NCBI GenBank assembly: GCA_012026655.1
Contig: JAAILG010000076.1
Span: 62,001-126,000 of the forward strand
Reading direction: 5' to 3'
Length of the DNA stretch: 64,000 bases
Source: Hydrolagus affinis
Taxonomy: Eukaryota
Made by a program: the position numbers and the translations under genes. The notes under the pieces were generated by a model. The model searched no databases and was not told the origin of the DNA. It worked only from the letters and a program-made list of their open reading frames with translations. The first letter of the stretch is position 1. Each line of letters opens with the position of its first letter. Positions 24,924 to 38,244 of this stretch are shown piece by piece.

Positions 24924-25808
24924 CAACAACAATAACAAAATTACATTTGTATAGCGCCTTTCACATCAGGAGGACGTCCCAAGGCGCTGGACAGTTACTG
25001 CTTCAGACCCGAGCTGAGGACAGGGGTGGGGGGAGGGAAGTGGGGATTCGGAGGTGCCGATGAGTCCACTCGAAGAGGAGAGTCTTGAGATAGGACTTGA
25101 AGGAGGCCAGGGAGGGGTCGAGGTGGAGGGACTGCAGGATGGAGTTCCAGAGATTGGGAGCAGAATGGCTGAAGGCTCGCTCGCCAATGGTGGGGCAGGT
25201 GGGTCGGGGGACGTGGAGCAGGCCAGCTGAGCGGAGTGGGACGGGCAGGTTGGATATAGGAGGCCACAGATGTAGGGTGAGGGGAGGTTGTGGAGGTCTT
25301 TAAATGTGAGGACGAGGATCTTGAATTGGATCCTTTGGATGATGGGGAGCCAGTGGAGTCGGGCGAGGATGGGGGAGATGCGATCACGGAGTTTGGAATG
25401 GTAAAGGACACGAGCCGCAGAGTTTTGGATTATCTACAGCCTGTGGAGGGAGGAATTGAGAAAGGCAGACCAGCGGGGTGTTTGCATAGTCGAGGTAACA
25501 AGACACCTAGGTTCCTGGCTGGCTTGGTGAGGTTGAGTATGCAACCATGGAGATTGATGCTGCCAGCTCTTGATGCAAGAAGGCGCTAGCGTGAGCCAAT
25601 CAGTAGGGCCTCAGTCTTGTTGACATTTAACTGTATAAAGATAGCTCTCATCCAGGACTTGATGTCTGACAGATAGTCTGTCAGGACAGTGGTAGTTCTG
25701 GAGTCGAGGGTAGAGGCAGAGAGATAGAATTGGATGTCATCCGCATACTTGTGGAAGTTAACCCCATGTCTGCGGATAATATCACCAAGTAGGAGCATAG
25801 AGATGTTG
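24924..25808 (-). mobile_element. 5'-truncated L2 with internal deletions and a 9-bp TSD
   Basis: ORF 25586..25798 reads [25 protein letters not shown] (RT YADD). Intact tail. TSD aacagttaa at 24915-24923 and 25809-25817. Confidence 0.93.
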
Positions 25809-26354
25809 AACAGTTAATGTGGGGGAAGAAGGTACTGCAGACGGATGGCGGAAATTCAGGTCATTTGTAAAGAGCTGTGTATGTGTAAGAAAACAAGCGT
25901 AAATTAATTGTTAAAACATAAGTTATTGTTGTTGCTGTGCTGCCTCAGCACATTTTGTGGTAACATAACAGGGGGCCCAAAAGTTAGCAGTTTGCAACAT
26001 GTGTAGCCACAGTGTGTACTGCTGCCTGGTCACTTTCTGCAAATGGCAAACTGCATTACATCAAGTGCAGCTGACACAATGTTATTAAAAAGTCATTGTT
26101 GCACAAGTCTCAGCCTGCCAGTGCTAGCAAGATCACATTTTTAATGGCACAGTATAGTGAAGACATCTATCTAATATCTGCACTGCCATGCATCTAATTT
26201 GAATTGGAATGGAAATTTGATTGAGGGTATGGCTAGCACTGTTAAAGGCCATTCTTTTGATCCTTATTCTCTGGGGAATGTATTTATCATGCTTTATTTC
26301 ATCCTACCTGTGTGAATGGCGCACTATAAATGTAATTCAGTTGTTGTTGTTTAT

Positions 26355-26880
26355 TCCCCAGTAGTGTTAGCACTCTTGCCTCTGAGACATAAGATTGTAG
26401 GATCAAGCCTCATGTTAGGTTTTTAAACTTACAGTTTTGAATGGCACACCAATGAAATGTTGGAGGAATGTAGCTTAAAGATGCAGGCCTTCGGATAATG
26501 CATTAATCCGAAGTCTTGTTCGAAATAGAAGGGAATTTCTTCCAGTCAGATTTTAGTCAGGGAATTTATTCCTTCAGATAAATGTGTGCATTCACTTCCT
26601 GGCTGGACAATTGGATGTGTCTGTAGTTCGAGTAAAATACAAACATATAGATAAAGGCTTCCTCATTCCAACTACATACATTGTTTTTTGCAATAATGAT
26701 GGAATTATAACTGGAATTATAACAGGGTACTATAAAACATAAAATAAATTTGTTTTTGCGCATTGCTGTGTGTAAATTGACTGCCGCGTTTGTGTACAAA
26801 CACAGCAACTACACTTTACAGTAAAATCATGTAAAACACTTTAATACAATGGGCTGCATCAAATACAAGGATATCGTATT
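26355..26880 (+). mobile_element. Old Deu-domain SINE fragments
   Basis: tRNA-like head (gttagcactcttgcctctgag), Deu-like ttcggataatgcattaatccgaag, and the 3' body ttgctgtgtgtaaattgactgccgcgttt. Confidence 0.55.
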
Positions 26881-27625
26881 AATTTCAGGGAGGAATCCAC
26901 CTGGAAACACCTTTTACCTTTTACTCATTTGTGCAGGGCACAGCAAGGCAGAAGTCAATTTTGATCATTTACACCATTCACTAGGTAACTACTGCAGAAT
27001 GTTGCCAAATAAAATAACTATTTTGTGCTGGGGCATAATCAGCCTCCATTAGCATTATGCCAACATTACACTATTGATGATACTAAAATTCTACCTAAGA
27101 TTTATTTTGACCTCAAAGGAACCATTTTATATTTTATGTAATATCAGTTTCTGATATCTCACATTTCCCTTTGTTTTCACATTTCTTTTTCATTTTCAAA
27201 GTGTGAATATTATTTAGAATTATTTTTAAGTGTAAAATGGTGGAAAACAAAAGATATGAACACTTCTTGTCAAAATCCTTTGTGACACTGATGTACTCTC
27301 ATGCTTCAAATACTAATAGTTCAGTATGTCCGATGGATGACCAAGAAAATGCCTTGACTTATCAAGCTCAAATATGTTTTTCACAAATAGTTTGTTATTT
27401 AATCACAGTAAAGAATTAAAAATAACTTTGTCTGATTAGGATTGATTTTATTAAAGTAGCTATTTATTACAGTGGCTGAGTTGAGTTTACATCAATGGGC
27501 TTATTATTTAGAAATGGAATAGAATAGGTATTCTGAAAGGATTGGAACAAAGGAGCCAAACAGCTTCTTTGTCTAAATCTCTTTGAGTATTGGAGAATGG
27601 ATGATTTTATAAACATAATATAATA

Positions 27626-28415
27626 CAGTAGAAGCCGTTTATCCGTGACCCAATCAACCATAACTTCTGTATAACCAGCACCGCAAAACAAAAGGTCCGC
27701 ATTCAATAAACCAGAATTTATCCAGAAAAATGCATTTTTTGGGTGTTTTGTGTTGCATCACTATTTTGGAATGCTGCTACTAGGTGCCTGATGGTGGCGC
27801 TAGCTCAGAATGCTGCCAGTACTGTAAAGCAATGCACTCTCCGGAGTGTACTCTTTGAGAGGCAGAGTGGGGTGAGTTGATTAATTTAGATTTAATTTAG
27901 CCACAAAACAGCAAAACACACACCCACCCTGAGCAAATCTTGCAGATCAATTCATTGGCTTTTATTTTAATAAAAAAAGACTCATTCCTGCAATGCTTGT
28001 TTTACAGAGGACAGTATTTCAAGTTAGTGCACACACACACACACACATACACAGGTATCTCAAGGCTTTTTGGAAAGAAAGTTAACTGAACTGAGCGGCC
28101 ACCGCTCACTCTGCTTTCTCAATAACATGAGCTTTCCTCTCTTCTACCCCCAATGAGAACAGTATCATTCAGACGTGTAACTTTTGCATTAGTTTAAAGA
28201 TCTCTCTGAACTGCCTGGTCGCTGTGTGTAAAATGATTATAATTATTATTTATATATTATATTATCATATAAATGATTATTTAGTCTATTATTAACATGC
28301 TATGTTTAAAAAAAAGTTTTAAAAAATTTGTGTTGGGTTTTCTGCCGAATATCCGGCAGGCACTTTAACCGGCACGGCCAGGTCCCAAGGGTGCCGGATA
28401 AACGGGCTTCTACTG
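27626..28415. mobile_element. Non-autonomous Tigger/pogo-type DNA transposon, 790 bp
   Basis: TIRs CAGTAGAAGCC-GTTTATCCG / CGGATAAACGGGCTTCTACTG. TA duplication at 27624-25 and 28416-17. Inserted in a minus-strand SINE tail and contains a (CA)n tract. Confidence 0.92.
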
Positions 28416-28579
28416 TACTTGCATTTGCTATAGTGCCTTATCCTCCACCCTCACTTATCTCAACCCCCAACCCCACCACCTCACCCACCTACACGCTCTG
28501 GTCCAAACCTCTGACTGTCCTATACCTTGGGATGTCCTCTTGATGTGAAAGGATCTATAGAAATGTAATTTTGTATTGT

Positions 28580-28805
28580 GTTATCACATTGTTGAGATGT
28601 CTCAAAGGGCTTCAGTGTAAAATGTATTGACCATGTATTGCAGACAAACACAGCTGCTGATCTGCCCACAGCAGTGCCCTATAATCAACCATGAAGTGAA
28701 TGACCAATTCTATCTGGGGGATTGTTGGCCAAGAGAATGGGAGAAACTCCATTCTCTTTTTGAATGCTGTGAAGGGATCTTGAAAGTCTTCCTGAACAGG
28801 CAGAA
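28580..28805 (-). mobile_element. Old Deu-domain SINE fragment
   Basis: ggattgttggccaagag...ctctttttgaatgctgtgaagggatcttg...cctgaacaggcaga is similar to 61670-61750. Confidence 0.55.
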
Positions 28806-31089
28806 GGAACTTTGCAAAGGACAGGACTGGAGAACATATGGGGAAAGAATTATAATCAAATAAATTAAAATGGTAAACAATCTAAGATAGTGGCACCGCC
28901 ACTCAAAGTAGCAAACATTTTATTTATCAATCCTGAACATTGTTGCATTACTCCGGACTGAAACAATTATAGGAATTACAAAGATTGTGATTTTGGAAAC
29001 TCCATAATCTGAACACCCTGTAGAGTTTTCAAATGTGTTCTCAAATCTTGCTGACAAAGCATCATTACATAAACATAATTAGATCCAGTGTTTTGTTCAT
29101 TTAAGTAATTACCTGTTAACTGTCCCTATTAAGAAAATGGGTCAGGATTAAAATCAAATCTAGTTTTTTATTTGAGCATTTGAAATGGAATTAGACTCTC
29201 GAGAGTCAATTAACTGAACAAGTTGAGGACAATTTTCAATGTTAAAAACAGATTTGTTTTATCGCAGCATAAGAGCATTGTGCCCCATCACTATTAATCT
29301 TGCAAAATGTATGCAGTTGGATGGAATAAGGAACTCTGTTTGTGGGACACTGCTGTGCGCATTTGGCTGCTGCATTTCGCCAAATGGAAGGTTTATTAGT
29401 GTTATGGTCACCTCCCCTTTTCCCTTTGCTAGGTGACCAACTCTGCTATACACACAGTGCTCTGAAACATTATCCTTACATGAAGGGCATAATATAAATG
29501 CAAGATGTTGTTATTGTACTTCATGCCATAACTTGTGTTCAGATTTGAACAGGTTACATTCAGGGTATTTGCCAATATTTCTTCTTGTGTCATTTTCGCG
29601 ATAAAAATGTTTTAATTAGTGACTTTTAACAATAGAATTAGAAGTAAATGAATAATGAGGTCTGATTAAGTTGCAGATTAAAACATTTTACAAGGACTTG
29701 ACAACGACCAGAATCAAAGTTCTGGTGAGAGCATCTATGTGGGAGAATTCAGTGAAATGGGCTTTCGGGCTTTCGGTTTTCAGAGGGTTAAAGAGGTACA
29801 AGGACTCAACTTATTTCATTTAGGCAAAAACATTTATTTCACTCGTATTCTCTGCACAATGTTAGGAGTTATACTTCAAAGCAATTATCTTTCTGCAGTT
29901 TTATCTATTTTCATTTAACAGCTTCCTCCCTGAAATAAATTGAAAAATATGCTAATTTTTACCTTATACGCTAGTCTATGTTAGACTTTACCTTATAAAG
30001 TCTAACAGAATTGATGGTGAACAAAGTAACCAGCCAGGTTAAGTTCACATGTTGCTAACATTAGCAAGTGCTAGATCATGATCTTACTGATGCAGTGGCC
30101 CTTCCCACAGAACATGGCACAGATCATTTTAAAGGTATAGTTTTTCACAAAGGTCTCGTTGGCAAACACTGTGCAAATCTTTGCAAGATGCATCCTTTCT
30201 GCTAGGAGCAGTAGCTTCCTTCAGTACGATATCTACGTTGCAGAAAGCAATATACCGTACTGTATTATTACTCAGCTACATTCAGATTGCTCCCAGCAAA
30301 TATAAAATACATTTGTTATGTTGCATCAACCATTTCAGAGATGCATATGTGAAAAATGGAAAAACTCCCCAAAACAAAACAAATTGAGAAAAATAAAGCA
30401 CACAATGTGACTGTGATCAGTGTTTGTGAATTAAACAGCAGCAGTGTGTCATTTTTTTTTAATATTAGGAATCTTAAATCCGATAGTGCAACATAAACCA
30501 TATCTAAATGAAGTCATCATTTTAAGGAGGTGCATTTCAGAAGTGAATAATTAGAACCAAGCCTGGTGCTTAAAGCTGCCAGTTTTATATGATAAGACAA
30601 AATTATATTAATGCTGCAATATATAATATTCAGACCTTATGATACTTCTATCACATGGTTTGAATGGTATTTTATTATGCTCTGCATGGATTTAATGCTA
30701 AAATAAATCACTGTAGGAGCTCTGGAGTCCAGGCTTCCTGCAAGGCGACCATAGATTGCATTGTCCTGTCTTGGAGATATCCATAGATCAGTTAATGCAT
30801 CCTCCCTGACTAGAGAAGAATGGATGGTACAGAGTATCCTCCAGGGCGGATAGTGAAGAAAAAATAATATAATAAGAGAATAATAAATAAATCATAGAAT
30901 TTACTGGCAGAATAAAGGTTTACACCATCCTAAACCATTACTGCAATAAGACTCAAAGTCTATAGTCCACATTTGTTTTTTGCTGCCAGATAATTCAGAA
31001 ATAATAGCATATAGAAAAAGATCTGTTTTAGCAGTTGAATTGACTATTATTCTGATAATAAAAATAATCTTCTCTGCATTCAACATAGT

Positions 31090-31363
31090 ACTTTCAATGT
31101 CTTTAAGACGTCTCAAAGCGTTTCACAAAATATACTGTAAAGTGAATTGACTGTATATTTGTGGGCGAAATGCAACAGCCAAATGCGCACAGCAGTGTCC
31201 CAGTGGCGTGGAGTGAAATGACCAATTTAATATTGGGGGAGTTTTCTGGGAGGGATTATCATCAGGCGTGTGGAGTAAGGAAATTTGCGCAAGGTTTCAC
31301 CCTACTGGGAATCAAATCCAGATCTCTTGCTTGAGAGTATTCTAACCATTGATTTACTGGACT
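31090..31363 (-). mobile_element. tRNA-derived SINE, short variant
   Basis: Shared body and a degenerate head on the minus strand. Confidence 0.85.
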
Positions 31364-31522
31364 GATGCTGAACATAGAAAGAATGAAATAAGGAAAGAAA
31401 ATGGAAAAAAGAAAGCAACAATGTAAGTAAGCAAGCAAACAAGATGATGCAGTAATTATTCACAAGTGTAGCGATTGTTCTTGGTGAACACGGCAACCAT
31501 TTTGCACAAAAGCTATGTGGTG

Positions 31523-32008
31523 AACAACAACAGCAACTTGCATTTATATAGTACTCTCCACTTTAGATGGGGTCAGAGTGCGAGGCCAAGACTGAGCCGG
31601 GGAGGAGGAAGGTAACCATAATCGCAGTCGAAGAGATAGGTCTTCAGTCGCGCCCTGAAGATAGGGAAGGAGGGTGTGAGGCAATGGGGTCGAGGGAGGG
31701 AGTTCCAAAGTTTCGGGGTGTTGTGACCGAAAGAACAGCCGCTGATAGTGGAGTAGAGGATTCGGGGGACAAGGAGGAGGCTGGACCTAGTAGAACGGAA
31801 GCAGTGAGTCCTGCTGTGAGGAGAGAGGAGGTTGGAGAGGAAATGGAGGTTGCTGAGAAATAGAGGGATTTGAACATTAGAGTGAGTGAGGATCTTGAAG
31901 TTGATCCACTCTGAAAGGGAACCAGTGGAGTTTCACAAGGGCTGGAGTAATCAGGGTACAAAGTTTTGTGTGAGTGAGAATGCAGGCGGTGGAGTTTTGG
32001 ATGAGCTG
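31523..32008 (-). mobile_element. Old L2 3' fragment
   Basis: (AAC)n tail plus gtgaggatcttgaagttgatcc...gaaccagtggag (LHW.P..RI.FKIL on the minus strand). Confidence 0.8.
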
Positions 32009-32243
32009 ATTCACCTGGTGGATTGTTGGCCAGGACACCGGAATAAACTCTCTTACCTTTTCAAAAATATGTCATGGGATCTTTTAAACTCCATCTGAGG
32101 ACAAGCAGACAGATTTAGGTTTTATACCTCACCTGAAGGGTGCGATCTCAGGCACCATTACTGGAGCTGCTGCCATTGAGATGAGGGACCTTTGATTGTG
32201 GGACTTTTCTGTGTGCAAAATTGCTGTTGTGTTTAGCCTTAAA

Positions 32244-32268
32244 ACACACACACACACACACACACACA
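32244..32268. repeat. (AC)n microsatellite
   Basis: Read directly from the sequence. Confidence 0.95.
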
Positions 32269-32570
32269 GTACTAATGGTTTTGAAGCGCTTTGAGGCACT
32301 TTGATGTAATACAAATGTAAATCCTTTCTTACATTGTCCTGATGAGAACATTTCTAGTAATTACCCAGACATTTTCACACACTATATTTTCACATGCAAT
32401 TCAATCCAGTTAAAATCGTTGGCGTACAAGTGCTGAAGTATCAATTAAACCAATCATAAGTGATCTGAATAATACACTGATCACTATCTCCAATGTGTGA
32501 GTGGGTGCTAAACCGGTGGCTTATAAAAGTGGCATTGAAGTAGGCTTTAATAATTCCTGCTCTATTACAG

Positions 32571-32621
32571 TCATACTTTACCAGACACATTCCACATATT
32601 TCTGCTAAATATGAATTTACG
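32571..32621 (+). CDS. Putative coding exon of an unidentified host gene (SYFTRHIPHISAKYEFT)
   Basis: Acceptor ttcctgctctattacag and donor ACG|gtgagt. 51 bp, open in phase 0 (one other frame is also open). Unique sequence. Confidence 0.35.
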
Positions 32622-33749
32622 GTGAGTCATACAGCGATAAGGATCAATTATCATTAACTATGCTCCAAAATCAAATGTGTTTTAGCAATGTGTGATTTCC
32701 TTCCAAACTACCAATTTTCTTCGCTCATTCCCATTCTATCAGTGGTTCTCCCTGCACTTACATTGAAATCCATTTCCTTTCACAATTCTATTTTGGGACC
32801 CCTTATGGGATAACCTTTATTGTCCAATTCTATACAATTTTAATCGGTGAAATAATTTTCTGGGGGACCTCTTTGCAAAAAGGCAATGGAAAGATTTCAT
32901 CAAGGGACACCCAATCGCTGGGTATTGCTCCAACTCCATTCTGTTCACTGCTCAGGTCAGGAGCTGCCACTAACAGCAGTAATCACTTCAAAAAATGTGC
33001 AAGTTTTTTGGGGATCATGTCTCTTGTGTATTTTAGCAATCCCAAGGAGGCTGCAGCATAGCGGTCCTTTCTGGGATGCTGGGGAATGGCAGAAGATATG
33101 ATGCTGTTTAGGGAGATGGCAGGTTAAATCTTTTGGGAGTTTGCGAGTGAGAGAAGCTAATGCTCCAGCAGGGAAATGGCCGTTTAACTTTGCTGCTAGC
33201 TACGAAGCGAGGAACTGCTTTGCAAAGCTGTTGCGAGTGAGATAACCCAGGATGCATTTATGTTGGTCCCTTGTGACTGTTTTGAAATCAGTCCAAGGAG
33301 ATCCATCAATGTGTTTGTTAGATTAAATCTCCTGTTAATTAATGCTTTGTATAATTTAAGCTTGACACTTGAGTACTTCTGACGCTTTGATAAGTAACCC
33401 TCATCAGATGAGACCCACAGCTCCTGGCTTTTGGCAGAGGAAAATAAAGTGCTTTGGTCCACTTACTTTGGGATCTGGGAAGCTGGGTAAAATCAGATAC
33501 ATTTTCTACTGCACTTGAAAGTTGCTTTTAAATCTGTAACACCAGGGTGCACGTTAAGATAAGCAGGCTGGTCTTCACTTGATTTGAAGCAATGCTGAAT
33601 GATTATATTCCGAAGTTGCACAGCTGCTTTCTGATCAGTGTGGGAGAAGAACCAATCTATTCCCTCAACTTTACTTGGCTCAAATATAAATTTAATGCAA
33701 TACTGCCATCTGATTGTGTGCCAAGTTGCAAATAGATTCACAGAATTCT

Positions 33750-34095
33750 TCCTTTTCTTTCCAAATTCTCCTCTCCCCTCAAGATGTTTGACTATTTTGC
33801 TTTGACTGGAGTTCTATGGGCACCAGACACTTTGTCATACATCAGCCAATTGGCCACTTGGCATGTGTGAGCCTTGACATTGAGTATCAGCAGGATAGTT
33901 TACCACAAAGGTGGGAAATTAACAGCTTCCGATCCTGTTCTAAACCCTCTTATGTCCTCTTAGAATTTAGACATGATCGGAAGCTGCTATTTTGCCTCTG
34001 CACACATGCACCCAACGGGGGTCACTGGATAGCAATCAGGACTCAATTTCACCTTCCTAACACGGGGGCACTGAAGGCAATTGTATCTCCACTGC
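33750..34095 (-). repeat. Ancient unclassified dispersed repeat (gtgaggacaggatc family), longest copy
   Basis: The reverse complement of 33820-33945 aligns with 7699-7830. Confidence 0.6.
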
Positions 34096-34789
34096 TAAGG
34101 AAATGCTTACACCCTTTATTCTCTTCTTCTTCCTGTAAGCAATAGCTTTTAAGCTCAAGCTTGGAGCAAGCTAACCTCTTCTTGATTTTCCTTATTTTTT
34201 CTGCTGCTGTTTTCAGCTTTTATGCTTTGCTGAACTGTGATTTTGTCCCTTCATCCAGCTTTGTACTTTAACACTCTGTCCTGTGGGGAGAAATCAGCTC
34301 AGTGCATAATTGCAATGTAACCTGGGACTGTCTCAATCTGTATGGCTCAACTACTTACTGGATAAACTCATTAAGCCCTCAGAGAAGCCCACATGCATTT
34401 CTAATCTTCCTCCTGTCTGTACAGAAATGTGTGGATATCTACCCACCATTGCCATTGTGTTTTGGTCTGTGATACAATACTAAGCTCACTAGCCTTACAG
34501 TTTCTGCAGAGGTATAAATCTGCAAGATTTATCATTTGAATACATGCAGAATTGATATTTTCACACCTATGAAAATCAAAAATAGCAATTTGCAGAGAAA
34601 ATAATGGTTAAGTCAGCAGTATGAAATTTGTTCAAAGAAGTCCGTTAATGTTTTACCAGGAGCCACATGCTTAATGAATAAATTCACAGAATATCCTGTG
34701 ATTTTGCATTTTAAAGAAGAATTGGTGTTATTCATTGCACTAGTTTAATATTTAAAGGCAACAGTACCGATTACTCGCGTCTTTAGATG

Positions 34790-34862
34790 TACAGATGGAC
34801 CTTGTTATAGTGGTGTTTTTTTGGGGGGTCTATGAAATAAGATCTCACGTTATAATAGGCTG
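34790..34862 (+). mobile_element. Possible left end of a Tigger-like element
   Basis: TAcagatggaccttgttatagtg...cgttataa resembles pogo-type TIRs. No partner end was found. Confidence 0.35.
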
Positions 34863-35265
34863 AGTCTTCAAATCGCAAAGACTGCTGCTGCAGAGATCCA
34901 GTTGGTCAGCCAATATGAGCATTTCCAGTGGTTGATGAGAAGTTGCTCATGTTGGGAAGCCTTCTCCACCTGTGTGTTATACCCAGGAAACGGGTCAGAC
35001 AGTAGTGGTCCGCCCTTTCACCATATCGTGAGTCCACAGTATCTCCACACTATATAGGGAATCATAATATATAGGTAATAAGGACTAACAGACCAACTCT
35101 CTTAAGGTTTCTGCATGTGTCAGATATCCAAGTTGACCTAAGAAAAATTAAGGAAAGGCTGGTTGATTTTTTTCTAATTAATATGCAATTATTCTAACCT
35201 GTTCTTGACATAGAGAAGTATATTCAGGAAATAAGACATTATCTGAGACATCATCGACTGAGACA

Positions 35266-35790
35266 CCTTGCTGACTTCATCCGCAGATATGGGGTCAACT
35301 TCCATATATATGCGGATGACATTCAGCTCCATCTTTCTGCCTCCACCTTCAGTTCCAGGACCCCTGCTGTCCTGCCAGACTGCCTGTCGGACATCAAGTC
35401 CTGGATGAGAGCTTTCTACAGTGGAATGTCAACAAGACTGAGACTCTCCTGATTGGCTTGCGCCAGCACCTCCTCAACTCATGCACTGGCAGCATCAACC
35501 TCACTGCACACTCCACCTCACCAAGTCAGTCAGGAACTTAGGTATCTAGGACAATCCTCCCCCACATCCACTCCATGACCCGCTCTGCAATATTGCTCGA
35601 CTCCGCCACTACCTCAACCCTCAGGCCTCTGAAACTCTTATTCATGCCTTCATGACGTCCAGACTCGACTATGCCAATCCCCTGCTTGTCGGCCTTGCCA
35701 ACTCCTCCCTCCATAGGCTGCAGATCATCCAGAACTCTGAAGCCATGTCTCTCCTACACCAGGCTCCACAACCCTATCACTCCCATTATC
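35266..35790 (+). mobile_element. Internal L2 RT fragment
   Basis: tatgcggatgac (YADD), gacatcaagtcctggatg (DIKSWM) and tccagactcgactatgcc (SRLDYA). Confidence 0.9.
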
Positions 35791-36583
35791 GCATTATATT
35801 ATTACTACTCAACCAAAGTTTAATTTCCTAGTTCCTCCTGTAGTTCCAAAAGCTATAGCCTACACCCTCCTTGCATTCCCGCCACAGTTAAATCTAAATC
35901 CATCCAATGCCAGTGTAAAATCCTTACACCCCTCCATCTTCTCAGTCCTGGAAGTAATAGGTTTTTAAGAACTGAGATTTACCACAATTTACCTTGCAAA
36001 TCCCAGAATCAATTACCAAAATGTCAAAAAACATCAGCTATCTATGGTGTTACTGATTTGTCATGATCATTATTAATACATTGTGTATCATTAAGTAATG
36101 TTACTTAGTTTATGAGTTCAACTTTGTTCGACTTCAACACTCCTTTTTCTAAACTCCAACAGTTTTTTTTCTGCATGACTTACAGAATACCCACATGTGA
36201 GCTGGCAAAGCATTCGAACATAATATAGTACGAAGGAAGTACTGTAGAACCTTACGAATACCATTGTACTGCCAGCATTACAACATCAACCGTTAAACTT
36301 CTGAGGATATTCCAAGCCACAGGACTCAATACCAGCAGTGTCAACAACAGCTTGTTCCTTCAGATTTCAACACAAAATCATCCATTATACAGTACACACA
36401 TTGCCAAAGGAAATAGTGTGCATTTTTTGAATAAAGCATTTGGCCCCGACATTGCAGTGATTTCTGTTTCAAAGCGTTGTTCATGTCAATGCATTTATAA
36501 TTGCTCCATTGTTGGGAGTTTACCTGGTTAAAATGCCTCATTATCACTTCAATGTGTGAATGGGCTATCTGCTTTTCCCACAG

Positions 36584-36652
36584 CTAAATCCCACAAGATT
36601 TTCTATTTGCATTTATGAAGAAGGAAACTTATTAAAGAAGATTATGCTGGAG
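36584..36652 (+). CDS. Putative coding exon of an unidentified host gene (LNPTRFSICIYEEGNLLKKIMLE)
   Basis: Acceptor ctgcttttcccacag and consensus donor GAG|gtaagt. 69 bp, and only the phase-0 frame is open. Confidence 0.4.
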
Positions 36653-36999
36653 GTAAGTTTCAAAGCCAATGATTAAATTAATTACAATGACAATAGATCA
36701 GTGTCACATCTTGTCTTTAATTTCCAGAGAAGCTCTTCAAATTTCCAATTAATGTGGAATTTTCAAATAACGATAATAGTTTTGTTATACCAAAAAAAAT
36801 CGCCGGCCAGTGCAAAATAATCTGACTTGGATTTATTTTTATTTAAAATGATTTGTGCTTGGTTTTCAGATAAGAAAGCTTTGTATCATGAGTTTTTATA
36901 AGATGAACAGAAGCTCCTGTATGAATGAAACCATTGGGGTTGAGATGGAGCAGAGGGAGATGGATGGGTAAAAGAGGACTGTAAAGTTGTGTAGGTGTC

Positions 37000-37413
37000 A
37001 TAATAATGATCCTTGCATTTGATACAACCCCTTATCATGTCATTGGGATGTCTTAAAATGCTTTGCAGAGTATACTGTAAAGTGAATTGACTGTTTATTT
37101 TGTGGGAGAAACATGCCAGCTAATTATGAACAGCAGTGCCCCACAAACAGTCGTGGATTGCGTGACAACATTTTTTTGAAGAGATTATTACCTTTGGAGG
37201 GCGATCAGTCAATCAACTAACAACCGGGTTCCGACTTACTGCTCGGTACAACAACAACAAAATTACACCTGTATAGCGCCCTTCGTGTCAGGAGGACCTC
37301 CCAAGGCGCTGGAGGTCAAAATGGAGGAATAAGGTAACTTGCCTAAGGTAACTTGCCAACTGGGAATCAATTAGCTAGCAAGGCAACCGTGCTAACCTAT
37401 ACACTACAAGACT
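37000..37413 (-). mobile_element. tRNA-derived SINE, long variant, with a nested L2 tail-only insertion (37248-37312)
   Basis: SINE tail and body at 37000-37247, then the L2 hairpin tail, then the remnant SINE head. Confidence 0.8.
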
Positions 37414-38244
37414 GAATCATTGAGTTTGTTGTTTGGTTCTAATCTGAATAGTTAGGGTGCCAGTGTAATGCTGCATTGTCATTCCATGTTAGCATGTTGG
37501 GAAAGTCAATATATTGAATGTATTGTTGTTCTGCCCACCCACAGCAGGTACTTCCACTACATTTATTCCCACAATGTAACTGTTGCTAAACCCTATTTAT
37601 TTTGTATTAAACCAGCAATTAACCTGGGCAGCAGTTTAGTTAGTAATAAATTACAAACCTTATACCAATCAAGTTTACTACAATGCATTTCAGTTCAATT
37701 ATTTCTGCCAATTGAAAATACAGACGTAAATATACAGTATTGCACTTCTTAGTTGCTAACTACTTGACTATATGGGAGTGAATGATTATTGCAATGACTT
37801 TTGCCTCTCTTGTAATAAGATAATGCCAAAGTTGTGTCCACACACAAGATTACATGTGTAAAAATTACACAGCTCAAATTAGAGGAATTAGCCACAACAC
37901 ACTTCCCCACAAGCAATAGTAACAATGCATCAAATATTCAAGCAAGATATTCAATAAATCACAGGGTCAAATATTGAGTAGCTTGTTTACTCTTCATTAA
38001 ACCCCTTGGTTTACAAATCTACTGCCTTGCTAAATGCTTTCTATTCAAAACTTTTAACAGCATTTAACAGCTTGGTTCCTTTCTAAATATGTTTCCGTGG
38101 ATACCAGAAGCTGAAAGCGAAATACCAAACCTTTTAGAATAACTGTAAAGTTACAGATCCCCTGCTTCCATTGCAATAAGAAAAATATGGATGTGAGTCT
38201 GGCTCAGACTCACCTCAGATGGTTGTGGGTTGATGCCACTCATT

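Noticed and set aside
26484-26510. Palindrome cttcggat...atccgaag
   Set aside because: Explained as part of a decayed Deu-domain SINE.
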